Shown one piece after another: positions 47,139-55,274 of a DNA stretch of 64,000 nucleotides. Position 1 is the first letter of the stretch. Each line of letters begins with the position of its first letter. Source of the DNA: Clostridiales bacterium (GTDB lineage Bacteria > Bacillota > Clostridia > Christensenellales > Pumilibacteraceae). Under the pieces are notes generated by a model, which did not search any database, was not told the origin of the DNA, and worked only from the letters and a program-made list of their open reading frames with translations. The position numbers were made by a program, and so were the translations under genes. The stretch covers positions 26,514-90,513 of the forward strand of contig JAFLVE010000012.1 of NCBI GenBank assembly GCA_022511445.1, read 5' to 3'.

Positions 47139-50100
47139 TACGACACATCTCCTTTATTTTTGGGTGCGTTACCGTAAATTTCGTTAAAGTATTTTACGAT
47201 ATACTTATTCCTGTCAAACCAATCGTTGTCTTTGTCGCGTTTTTTTACTTCGGCGGGGAAATTATAAATGCTTTTTAGAGTGCCGATAAAGTCCTCGTTA
47301 TTCGCCAAGCTTTTGAATTTGTACTTGCGCGTTTTCAGCAAACTGCAATACGTTACCATTTGCAGGATAAGAATAGGCTTTATCGCTTTTTGCTCTTTGG
47401 CGGAAGCGATACCTCCCGAGATATCCATCCGCAGCTTGCGGAAGGTGTTGACCCCTCTTGTCGTATCCTTGTCCTCGTACCCTTCGAAGCTGCCCGTTAG
47501 GTCGAGGCATTTGTAGGTGTCGCCGTAGTAGTCTAAGTGGAAGGCGCGGTTGACGTCGTCCGCCATCGGATTGTACGTTTTTTCGGAAGTGTAAACTATC
47601 GTCTTAATGTAATCCAAAAACTTTTTCTCGACGCCCAGCGATCCCAAGGCGATTGCTATGCATCTGCTTAAGAACAGGTTTTGTCTCGTTTCGGCGTCCG
47701 ACATGGTACGATTGGAATTGTCGCCGCTCATCGATTGGTTTAAACCGTCGTTCAAGCGTTTTTCCATTTTATTTAACAGGTTGACGGAAGCGGTCAAATA
47801 CCTTTCGCCCAAAACGCGCAGAATGTACGAGACCTGACATTCGAACTTGGGGTAGTTGTTGATTAAATCGATATTGCGGTCGCAGAACAGAATCAGGTTG
47901 TACACGTCGTTGTTGGAAAGCTCGCACGTTACGAATCTGTTAACGCTCTTGGGTAAGAACAGATTAAGCCTGCCGCCGAGGTTGCGTATAACTGTATATT
48001 CGTTTTGCGGAAGTATTGTCTCTCTTAACAGCGTGATGTAGTGGCGTGCGACAAGATAGTCGATCATGCTTCTGTGCTCTCTTGCAAGCGTCCAGTTGTT
48101 GTTGCAAAGCTCGCTGTAATTAAAATGCTGGTTTTCGTACTCGAAGGCGTAAACGCTTTTCGCCAAATCGTCGTATTGCTTTTTGTCCATTTCCGGCGTG
48201 TATTTTAATAGCCCGATGTCGTACAAGGTAAGAATGTCTTTGCTGTAATTTTTTAGGTAGTCCGTACGCTTCAAAACTTTAATCAGCCAGTATGCGTCCA
48301 GCGTGTAAAAGTTCAAACGGAAGAGTTCGGCGCGTATGGCGGTTGCCGTTTCGCGGTCCGACGGACCGCCGCACACAATAGAGCAATTTTGTATAAACTC
48401 GATACACTCTTCCGTTCTTGCGATATTCATCGGACTTATGTTGATGACGGGGGTGTCGTCCATTTCCCCGGGGGCGAGCTTTTTCAAATCGTGGAACGCC
48501 GATTTTTCCTTTTGCTCGGAGTTTAGCGTGTAAAGAATATCGCAGCCGAGGATAAGCCGATAATCTTTAACGTCGTTCTCGAGGAAGGAGCATATTTGAG
48601 TATATATATGATTTATGCCGCAGTGAAATTCCCGAACGTTGTCAATAAAGAACAAAGGTTTTTCCTTATTGCTGTCCTTGTGCAGGTCTATTATTTCCTT
48701 AATCTTTTCAAAGTCGTCGGTTATGGCGCCGATGTCGAAGTCGTTTTCGTATTTGGAAACGTCTATGTAAAACACGTTGGAGTTGATGTTGACCGACTGC
48801 AATTTAAGGCAGACGTATTGAAGCAGTCTGTTTTTGTACGAGCCGATAGGACCGTTGATTTTAAGTATAAGTCCTTTTTTGCGGTTTTTGGCTATGAGTG
48901 TTTCTATGCCTTCGTGCAAATCCTCGTCGAGCGTGTTAAGTATTCCGACAATTTTGGTTTTGATATACCGCGGAGCGTCGGGACCGCCTACGGGCGGCAC
49001 GGTTGTAATATCCTTGAATATTTTGGAAAAGTTTTTAAGATTGGCGTTTACGGCGGGGATAATGTCGCTCCATTTTATAAGATTGTATTCGAGCCCGCGT
49101 ATCGTGCTTACCCCGCATTTTTCGGCCAGAAAGCTTTTTACGTTGGAGCTGAAAAACTTGGATGAAAAGGAAAACGCGTTGGGCGGTTGCTTTTGCGCTT
49201 CGCCGGGCGTGTCGGAGGCGGAAACCATAATAAGCGGGCTTTGCGTATCGAAAATGTCGTCCGCTTTTTCGAGTAAATACAGCAGGGTGGGCTCGGCGAC
49301 GTCCGACGAGAGGAATTTTTCCTTTTCGAATTTGACGGTGATTTTACTCGGCAGGACTATATTTCCGTATTTTACCGTTCCGCCGGTTTTTTTGCCTTTG
49401 GCATTAGCGTCGCTTAGCACGACCGTGTATCTTATGTAGTTTTTGTTAATGGCGGGGCGGAGGAAGGGGTGCAACGGGATAAAAGCGGCTATGCGCGGAT
49501 GTTTGTCGATAAACTTTTTCTTTTTAATTTTTTCGATTTTTATTCCGCTGTATTCCTTGCCGACCAATTCCTTAATAAGCTTATCGTCGTCGGTTATTTT
49601 GCGGTAGTCGGGCGACTTCGGCGCGGACGCCAAAGCGTAAACAAAATCTTTCAGGAAGTCTATTACGTCCGACTGATAATATTGCTTGTCGGACACGTTT
49701 TGAAAATGGTTTATCCTGCCGAGCAGGTCCATGCAAATGGGCAGAAACTCCCAGGACGGTCTGGTCTTGTGATTTTCCTCGAAGTTTTCTATCGTGTGGA
49801 AGATAAACTGGAGCTCCCTTGCAAAGTTACCTTGCTCCTCGCTCCAAAATGTGTATCTGGGCAGGTTGTAGAAAATCGCGATCTCGTCGCCCGAGTTGAC
49901 TATGTTTTCGAGGACGGGCACGGACAGCTTGGTTATCCTGCCTATCTTGCAGCAGTACGACAGGGCGGAGCGCAGATACTTTTTGTCGTAGGGCCCCTTT
50001 TTTGTGTTTTCAAAGTAGGCGCGAAGCTCGTAAATTTTTACTTCCTCGTTAAGCTCAAGCTGTTTGACGGTTCGCCTTATTCCGTTAAGAAGCTTGGGGT

Positions 50101-50656
50101 TTGTAAAAACCTTTTTAAGCGCGTCGAATAAGCGGTCGTAAAAAGCCTTGTCCTTAACGTCGTAGCGGATTAGCTTTTGGGTGGTTATCTCGACGTTGTC
50201 GAAAACAACCTCGTCGTTGTCGTTTATTATGTTCGCCGCTTTTAACACGTTTTTTATTTGGGGATTGCCGGTTATCGCTCCGACGCCCCAGATTTTTTTA
50301 ATCGTGTTCCTTACGTCGTTAAGCTCGATGTTAAGCAGGTTGAGAAGCGACTTGTACCGCCTTAAATGCTGTAGGCGCGAAATAAATACCGAGTCGCCGA
50401 TAAAACCTGCGACAACACCTATTAACCCGCCTAAAAAGTCCGCGAGATACGTATAGTCGGGCTCTGCCTCCGTGCCTATATTGAGTATGGGAAAAAACGT
50501 GAAAACCCAAAACAGCAATCGAATCAGCCCTATAAAAAAAGCAACCGACAGCGCCAGCGTCAGTAAAGCGTACAGCCACAGCAACGCTTTGTGCTTGCGT
50601 ATACTGTAGTAACTCAGCTTGTCCGCCGATTGTTGTGATTTATCTCTTTTACGCAT
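47138..50656 (-). CDS. membrane-anchored NACHT/STAND-like giant protein with degenerate Walker A
   Basis: N-terminal TM helices (ALLWLYALLTLALSVAFFIGLIRLLFWVFTFFPIL and FLGGLIGVVAGFIGDSVFI). NTPase core: LILKINGPIGSYKN (48830-48853), PLFFIDNVREF, RLILGCD, INISPMNIARTEECIEFIQN. Helical C-terminal ~400 aa. I chose the start at M24 of the ORF because the first 23 codons contain the promoter. Confidence 0.85.
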   Translation of the reverse strand: MRKRDKSQQSADKLSYYSIRKHKALLWLYALLTLALSVAFFIGLIRLLFWVFTFFPILNIGTEAEPDYTYLADFLGGLIGVVAGFIGDSVFISRLQHLRRYKSLLNLLNIELNDVRNTIKKIWGVGAITGNPQIKNVLKAANIINDNDEVVFDNVEITTQKLIRYDVKDKAFYDRLFDALKKVFTNPKLLNGIRRTVKQLELNEEVKIYELRAYFENTKKGPYDKKYLRSALSYCCKIGRITKLSVPVLENIVNSGDEIAIFYNLPRYTFWSEEQGNFARELQFIFHTIENFEENHKTRPSWEFLPICMDLLGRINHFQNVSDKQYYQSDVIDFLKDFVYALASAPKSPDYRKITDDDKLIKELVGKEYSGIKIEKIKKKKFIDKHPRIAAFIPLHPFLRPAINKNYIRYTVVLSDANAKGKKTGGTVKYGNIVLPSKITVKFEKEKFLSSDVAEPTLLYLLEKADDIFDTQSPLIMVSASDTPGEAQKQPPNAFSFSSKFFSSNVKSFLAEKCGVSTIRGLEYNLIKWSDIIPAVNANLKNFSKIFKDITTVPPVGGPDAPRYIKTKIVGILNTLDEDLHEGIETLIAKNRKKGLILKINGPIGSYKNRLLQYVCLKLQSVNINSNVFYIDVSKYENDFDIGAITDDFEKIKEIIDLHKDSNKEKPLFFIDNVREFHCGINHIYTQICSFLENDVKDYRLILGCDILYTLNSEQKEKSAFHDLKKLAPGEMDDTPVINISPMNIARTEECIEFIQNCSIVCGGPSDRETATAIRAELFRLNFYTLDAYWLIKVLKRTDYLKNYSKDILTLYDIGLLKYTPEMDKKQYDDLAKSVYAFEYENQHFNYSELCNNNWTLAREHRSMIDYLVARHYITLLRETILPQNEYTVIRNLGGRLNLFLPKSVNRFVTCELSNNDVYNLILFCDRNIDLINNYPKFECQVSYILRVLGERYLTASVNLLNKMEKRLNDGLNQSMSGDNSNRTMSDAETRQNLFLSRCIAIALGSLGVEKKFLDYIKTIVYTSEKTYNPMADDVNRAFHLDYYGDTYKCLDLTGSFEGYEDKDTTRGVNTFRKLRMDISGGIASAKEQKAIKPILILQMVTYCSLLKTRKYKFKSLANNEDFIGTLKSIYNFPAEVKKRDKDNDWFDRNKYIVKYFNEIYGNAPKNKGDVS

Positions 50657-50684
50657 TGTTAATCCTTTGTATAACGGTATACTT

Positions 50685-50713
50685 ATTATAGCACCGATTG
50701 CGGCGCATTTCAA
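50685..50713 (-). promoter_or_regulatory. promoter of the AT-rich cassette (TTGAAA-17-TGcTATAAT)
   Basis: Read on the minus strand: -35 at 50713-50708, -10 at 50690-50685, TG at 50693-50692. An AAAGGA ribosome-binding site and the ATG at 50656 follow. Confidence 0.6.
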
Positions 50714-50835
50714 TAGAAAGTACAAAATTTTCGCGTACGGAGCGAAGGCGGTTTCGTTTTTACGGGCAGATGTCCCGAATATGGTACATTGGGCGTGATA
50801 TATTGAGGTACACTCTTAAATGGGGAGGTCTTCGC

Positions 50836-53800
50836 GTGAAAAAACCGAGCGTTACGAAAGGACAAATATCGCTCTTCGAATCGGGCAATCTGGCGCTTAA
50901 GCTTGACGGACCCGATTATTCCGTTACCGATTTGCCGCTCGATTGGGAAGATCTTTTCGCGCCCGAGGCGCAGAGCCGAGACGGGCAGGTGGACGAAATT
51001 TCGGACGCGCTCGTTATGAGCCTTACCACCTTCGGAAAGGTGGATATTGAATACATATCCAAGGTTACCGGCGAGACGTTAAAGTCGGTAATCGTGGCGC
51101 TGCGCGGCTCCATCTATCAAAACCCCGATACTTGGTGCGAGTGCTTTTATAAGGGCTGGGAGACGAGCGAGGAGTATCTTTCGGGCAATCTTATAAGGAA
51201 GCTTAACGCCGCCGAGGCCGCCAACAGAATTTACCGCGGACGGTTTAACGACAATATCGAGGCGATAAGGCGCGTTTTGCCCGACGCAGTTGCGACAAAG
51301 GACATTTACATTACGCTCGGCTCGCCCTGGGTGCCCACCGATATAATAGACGACTTTATCACGTACATGCTTAATCTAAAGCGCGTTCCTTTTATTGGCA
51401 CCACGCACGACGAGATAACCGGCTCGTGGGAGATTCCCAACAAAAGCTTTTACAAATACAGCGTGCGCTCCGAGAGCACGTACGGCACGCCGCGGCTTTC
51501 CGCGCTCTATATACTCGAGCGGACGCTTAACATGAAGACGGTTGCCGTTACCGACGAGATAGTTTCCTACACCAACACGAGCGGAAAAAAGCGGATAATA
51601 AACAAATCGGAAACGGTTTCCGCGCTCGAAAAGCAAGCCAAAATGATAAGCGACTTTCAGCGCTGGGTGTGGCGTGACGAGGAGCGGAAGGCGCGCCTCG
51701 AGGAAATTTTCGAAAACAAGTTTTCTTGCGTGCGAAGGAGAGTTTTCGACGGCTCGTTTCTGACTTTCCCCACGATGAATCCGTCGGTAAAGCTGTATCC
51801 CTACCAAACGGACGCGGTGGCGCGCATTCTGTTTACTCCCAACACACTCCTCGCTCACGACGTGGGGTCGGGCAAGACCTACGTCATGATAGCGGCGGGC
51901 ATGGAAAAGCTCCGTATGGGGCTTTCCAAAAAGAATATGTACGTCGTGCCCAACAACATTGTGGGGCAGTGGCAAAAGATATTTTACGAGATGTATCCCG
52001 GTGCAAAGCTGCTCGTCGTCGAGCCGAAGTCTTTCACGCCCGAAAAGCGCAAGAGCGTAGTGCGTTCGATTCGCGACGACAAGTACGACGGCATTATTAT
52101 TGCGTACAGCTGTTTTAAGCAAATCCCGCTGTCCAAACAGTATTACTTAAGCGCGCTAAAAAGGGAGCGCGCACAGCTCGAAGCGCAGTTAAAGCAGCAG
52201 GGCAAGGCGACGACTCGGCTTGAAAAAAAGTGCGCCGCCATTAATAAAAAGCTTAACGAGCTTGCCGCCGAGCTCGATACGGGCGGCGACGAAATATACT
52301 TTGACGAGCTGGGCGTTACGGGACTGTTTGTGGACGAAGCGCACAACTTTAAAAACGTACCGCTCGACACCAAGGTGAACAACGTTTTGGGCATAAGCGA
52401 CGGGTCGAGCCGTCAGTGTAAAGAAATGCTCGACAAGGTGCGCGTCGTTCAGCGCCAAACGGGCGGCAAGGGGGTTGTACTCGCAACGGGTACGCCCATT
52501 ACCAACTCCGTAACCGACGTGTTCGTAATGCAGCAGTACCTGCAAAGCGGCGAGCTCGGCTTACTCGATCTTCAGTCCTTCGACAGCTGGCTCGGCATGT
52601 TTGCGGAGCGCGTGACCGAATTCGAGATAGACGTGGACACCAACAGCTACCGCCTTGCGACCCGCTTTGCAAAATTCCACAACCTGCCCGAGCTTACCGC
52701 AATGCTCGCCGCCATAGCCGATTTCCACGCCGTGGACGTAACCGACGGCATACCCGAAACGGACGGCTATAACGACGCGCTTATCCAAAAAACGCCCGCG
52801 CTTGCGTCCTACCTCGAGGAGATATCGCGCCGTGCGGACGAGGTGCGCCACGGCAGTATAGACCGCAAGGAAGACAACATGCTTAAAATCACCACCGACG
52901 GCAGAAAGGCGGCGCTTGACATAAGGCTTGTAAAGGCTGCGCTCCCCACCTACCAAATGAAGGTGGTGCGGTGCGCGGAAAACGTGGCGGACATATATCA
53001 CAGGACGAGCGAGCAAAAAAGCACGCAGCTTGTTTTTTGCGACACTTCGACCCCCAAAGCGGGCTTTAACGTTTACGACGAGGTAAAGCGCTTGCTTATA
53101 AGCTTTGGCGTTCCCGAAAAGCAGATTGCGTATATTCACGACGCGGACACCGAAAAAAAGCGCGAAAAGCTGTTCGCATCGGTGAGGAAGGGTGAGATAA
53201 GAGTTTTGATCGGCTCGACTTTTAAGCTCGGGCTCGGAGTAAACGTTCAGGACAGGCTTATCGCTCTCCACCACCTCGACGTGCCCTGGCGACCTGCCGA
53301 CATGACTCAGCGCGAGGGGCGAATACTTCGTCAGGGCAACCTCAACAAAAAAGTCAAAATCTTCCGCTACATCACCGAGGGCTCCTTCGACGCGTACTCG
53401 TGGCAGCTTCTCGAGACAAAGGCGAGGTTTATAGCCGACCTGCTTTCGGGCTCGTTTACGGGCAGGAGCGGCGGCGACATAAGCGACACCGTGCTCGACT
53501 ACGCGGAGGTAAAGGCGCTTGCCGTGGGCAATCCGCTCGTCAAAAAACGGGTGGAGACCGCAAACGAGCTTACGCGTTATCTCACCCTTCAGCGCAAGCT
53601 GATAGATACGAGAATCCACCTCGAAAAGGTGCTTATGGAAATACCCGCCAAGCGCGAGCGCACCCGCGACCTTATAGAAAAGTGCAAAAGCGACGCCAAA
53701 GCCTATTATAAGTGGTTAAAAGCCAATCCCGAGCCGACGGATACCGCCGGGAAAAAGCGGGAGGCGGAGCAGAGGAAGGCGCTTCGCGAGAAAATTCACG

Positions 53801-54162
53801 AGGCGGTTTCATCCAATATTCTCGAAACGACCGAGCGGCAATTGTTGTCGTACAAGGGCTTTACCGTCGTTCTCCCCGCCAACATGACGCCGTACACCCC
53901 GTACGTGTATTTGGAGCGCGAGGGCAGATATTACGTAGAGCTGGGCGATACCGAGGTGGGCAATCTCCAAAGGATAGACAACTACCTTAACGGCTTGGAG
54001 GATCACCTCGTCAGGCTGAAAGAGGGCTTAAGTAAGCTCGACCGCGACGAGGTTGAAATTCGTGCCGAGCTTGTCAAAAAGACGAGCTACGCCGACAAGA
54101 TAGAGGCGTGCCAAAAGCGTTTGGAATCAATAGACAAAAAACTGGGAGCTAAAGAAAAATGA
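50836..54162 (+). CDS. SNF2-family helicase resembling the helicase half of mobile-element methylase-helicase proteins (no methylase motif seen)
   Basis: GTG at 50836 lies 7 nt after a GGGGAGG. Motif I LAHDVGSGKTY, motif II LFVDEAHNFKN, motif III ATGTPITNS, motif VI QREGRILRQGN. Long coiled C-terminus. Confidence 0.9.
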   Translation: MKKPSVTKGQISLFESGNLALKLDGPDYSVTDLPLDWEDLFAPEAQSRDGQVDEISDALVMSLTTFGKVDIEYISKVTGETLKSVIVALRGSIYQNPDTWCECFYKGWETSEEYLSGNLIRKLNAAEAANRIYRGRFNDNIEAIRRVLPDAVATKDIYITLGSPWVPTDIIDDFITYMLNLKRVPFIGTTHDEITGSWEIPNKSFYKYSVRSESTYGTPRLSALYILERTLNMKTVAVTDEIVSYTNTSGKKRIINKSETVSALEKQAKMISDFQRWVWRDEERKARLEEIFENKFSCVRRRVFDGSFLTFPTMNPSVKLYPYQTDAVARILFTPNTLLAHDVGSGKTYVMIAAGMEKLRMGLSKKNMYVVPNNIVGQWQKIFYEMYPGAKLLVVEPKSFTPEKRKSVVRSIRDDKYDGIIIAYSCFKQIPLSKQYYLSALKRERAQLEAQLKQQGKATTRLEKKCAAINKKLNELAAELDTGGDEIYFDELGVTGLFVDEAHNFKNVPLDTKVNNVLGISDGSSRQCKEMLDKVRVVQRQTGGKGVVLATGTPITNSVTDVFVMQQYLQSGELGLLDLQSFDSWLGMFAERVTEFEIDVDTNSYRLATRFAKFHNLPELTAMLAAIADFHAVDVTDGIPETDGYNDALIQKTPALASYLEEISRRADEVRHGSIDRKEDNMLKITTDGRKAALDIRLVKAALPTYQMKVVRCAENVADIYHRTSEQKSTQLVFCDTSTPKAGFNVYDEVKRLLISFGVPEKQIAYIHDADTEKKREKLFASVRKGEIRVLIGSTFKLGLGVNVQDRLIALHHLDVPWRPADMTQREGRILRQGNLNKKVKIFRYITEGSFDAYSWQLLETKARFIADLLSGSFTGRSGGDISDTVLDYAEVKALAVGNPLVKKRVETANELTRYLTLQRKLIDTRIHLEKVLMEIPAKRERTRDLIEKCKSDAKAYYKWLKANPEPTDTAGKKREAEQRKALREKIHEAVSSNILETTERQLLSYKGFTVVLPANMTPYTPYVYLEREGRYYVELGDTEVGNLQRIDNYLNGLEDHLVRLKEGLSKLDRDEVEIRAELVKKTSYADKIEACQKRLESIDKKLGAKEK

Positions 54163-55274
54163 ACGAAATAAAACAATCGGACATACCGTCTATGTCGGTA
54201 GGGCGAGCGGTGGAATTACTTTCGAGGTCGTACACCGCCGTTATAAAAAAGGGACTGCCTATGCGCACCTTTCCTTCCGTTATGCTTTGGGGCCCGCCGG
54301 GTATAGGTAAATCGCAGGCGGTAAGGCAGATAGCGAGGGAGATAGAGTGTATCGGGAAAAAGGCGGTTGTAACAGACGTTCGCCTGCTCCTGTTTAACCC
54401 TATCGACTTAAGGGGAATCCCCACCGCAAACGCCGACAAAACGCTTGCCGTGTGGCTGAAGCCGCAGATTTTTAAGATGGACGAGAGCGATAACATTATA
54501 AACATTCTCTTCCTCGACGAGATTTCGGCGGCGCCGCAATCGGTGCAGGCGGCGGCGTATCAGATAGCGCTCGACAGGGTGGTAGGCGAACACCGCCTCC
54601 CCGAAAACTGTATCGTTATCGCGGCGGGAAACCGCGTAACCGACAAGTCGGTAGCATTCCGCATGCCCAAAGCGCTTGCAAACAGGCTGTTGCATATAGA
54701 GATAGAAATGAGCTTCGAGTCCTGGAAGGAATGGGCGGTAGGCGCGGGGATAAACGACAAGGTATTGGGCTTTTTATCGTTCAGGCAAAACTACCTCATG
54801 TGCTTCGACCCTTCGTCCAACGACCACGCTTTTGCAACGCCGCGCTCGTGGGAGATGGTAAGCAACGTTCTTAACGGCGTGGATAGCGACGTGGACAATA
54901 TGTATTCGCTTATCGCGGGGCTTGTGGGAGTGGGCGTTGCGGTGGAGTTCCGCACCTGGGCGCAGGTGTACGACTCTCTTCCGTCCATAGAGGAAATATT
55001 CGCGGGCAAGATGCCGCCCGTGCCGAGAAACACGGCGACCCTTTACGCGCTCGTTTCGGCAATGACGGCGTATGCGCGCGACCATAGGACGGATATGAAC
55101 AAGATAGCCAACTCCATTCGTTACGCCAATTCGCTTCCGCCCGATTTTTCGGTAGTGCTGTTAAAGGACTACATGTACATAGAAAAGGGGTACAAGGAAA
55201 AGCTTATGCGTATCCCCGAGTTTAACAAGTGGCTGCAAACCAAAGGGAGCTTACTGAATGGCTCTCTCCGATGA
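54159..55274 (+). CDS. MoxR/AAA_5-type ATPase
   Basis: Walker A LWGPPGIGKSQ, Walker B ILFLDEISAAP, then IAAGN. ATGA overlap with the SNF2 gene. Confidence 0.9.
   Translation: MNEIKQSDIPSMSVGRAVELLSRSYTAVIKKGLPMRTFPSVMLWGPPGIGKSQAVRQIAREIECIGKKAVVTDVRLLLFNPIDLRGIPTANADKTLAVWLKPQIFKMDESDNIINILFLDEISAAPQSVQAAAYQIALDRVVGEHRLPENCIVIAAGNRVTDKSVAFRMPKALANRLLHIEIEMSFESWKEWAVGAGINDKVLGFLSFRQNYLMCFDPSSNDHAFATPRSWEMVSNVLNGVDSDVDNMYSLIAGLVGVGVAVEFRTWAQVYDSLPSIEEIFAGKMPPVPRNTATLYALVSAMTAYARDHRTDMNKIANSIRYANSLPPDFSVVLLKDYMYIEKGYKEKLMRIPEFNKWLQTKGSLLNGSLR

Larger units (their letters stand above)
46440..50720 (-). other. AT-rich two-gene cassette (probable horizontal acquisition)
   Basis: Hand counts of sampled 60-nt lines give ~33-35% GC here (47161, 48601) versus ~48-58% in the flanks (45001, 52201). 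Confidence 0.65.

Noticed and set aside
50657-50835. Overlapping 5' extensions of the divergent ORFs (minus ORF to 50725, plus ORF from 50698)
   Set aside because: The minus-strand extension contains a near-perfect promoter (TTGAAA-17-TGcTATAAT) followed by a ribosome-binding site and the ATG at 50656. The plus-strand extension is Arg-rich, and a GGGGAGG ribosome-binding site precedes the GTG at 50836. I treated the region as a divergent promoter region.
51376-53619. 248-aa and 352-aa minus-strand ORFs inside the SNF2 gene
   Set aside because: They are antisense shadows; SNF2 motifs I-VI lie on the plus strand.
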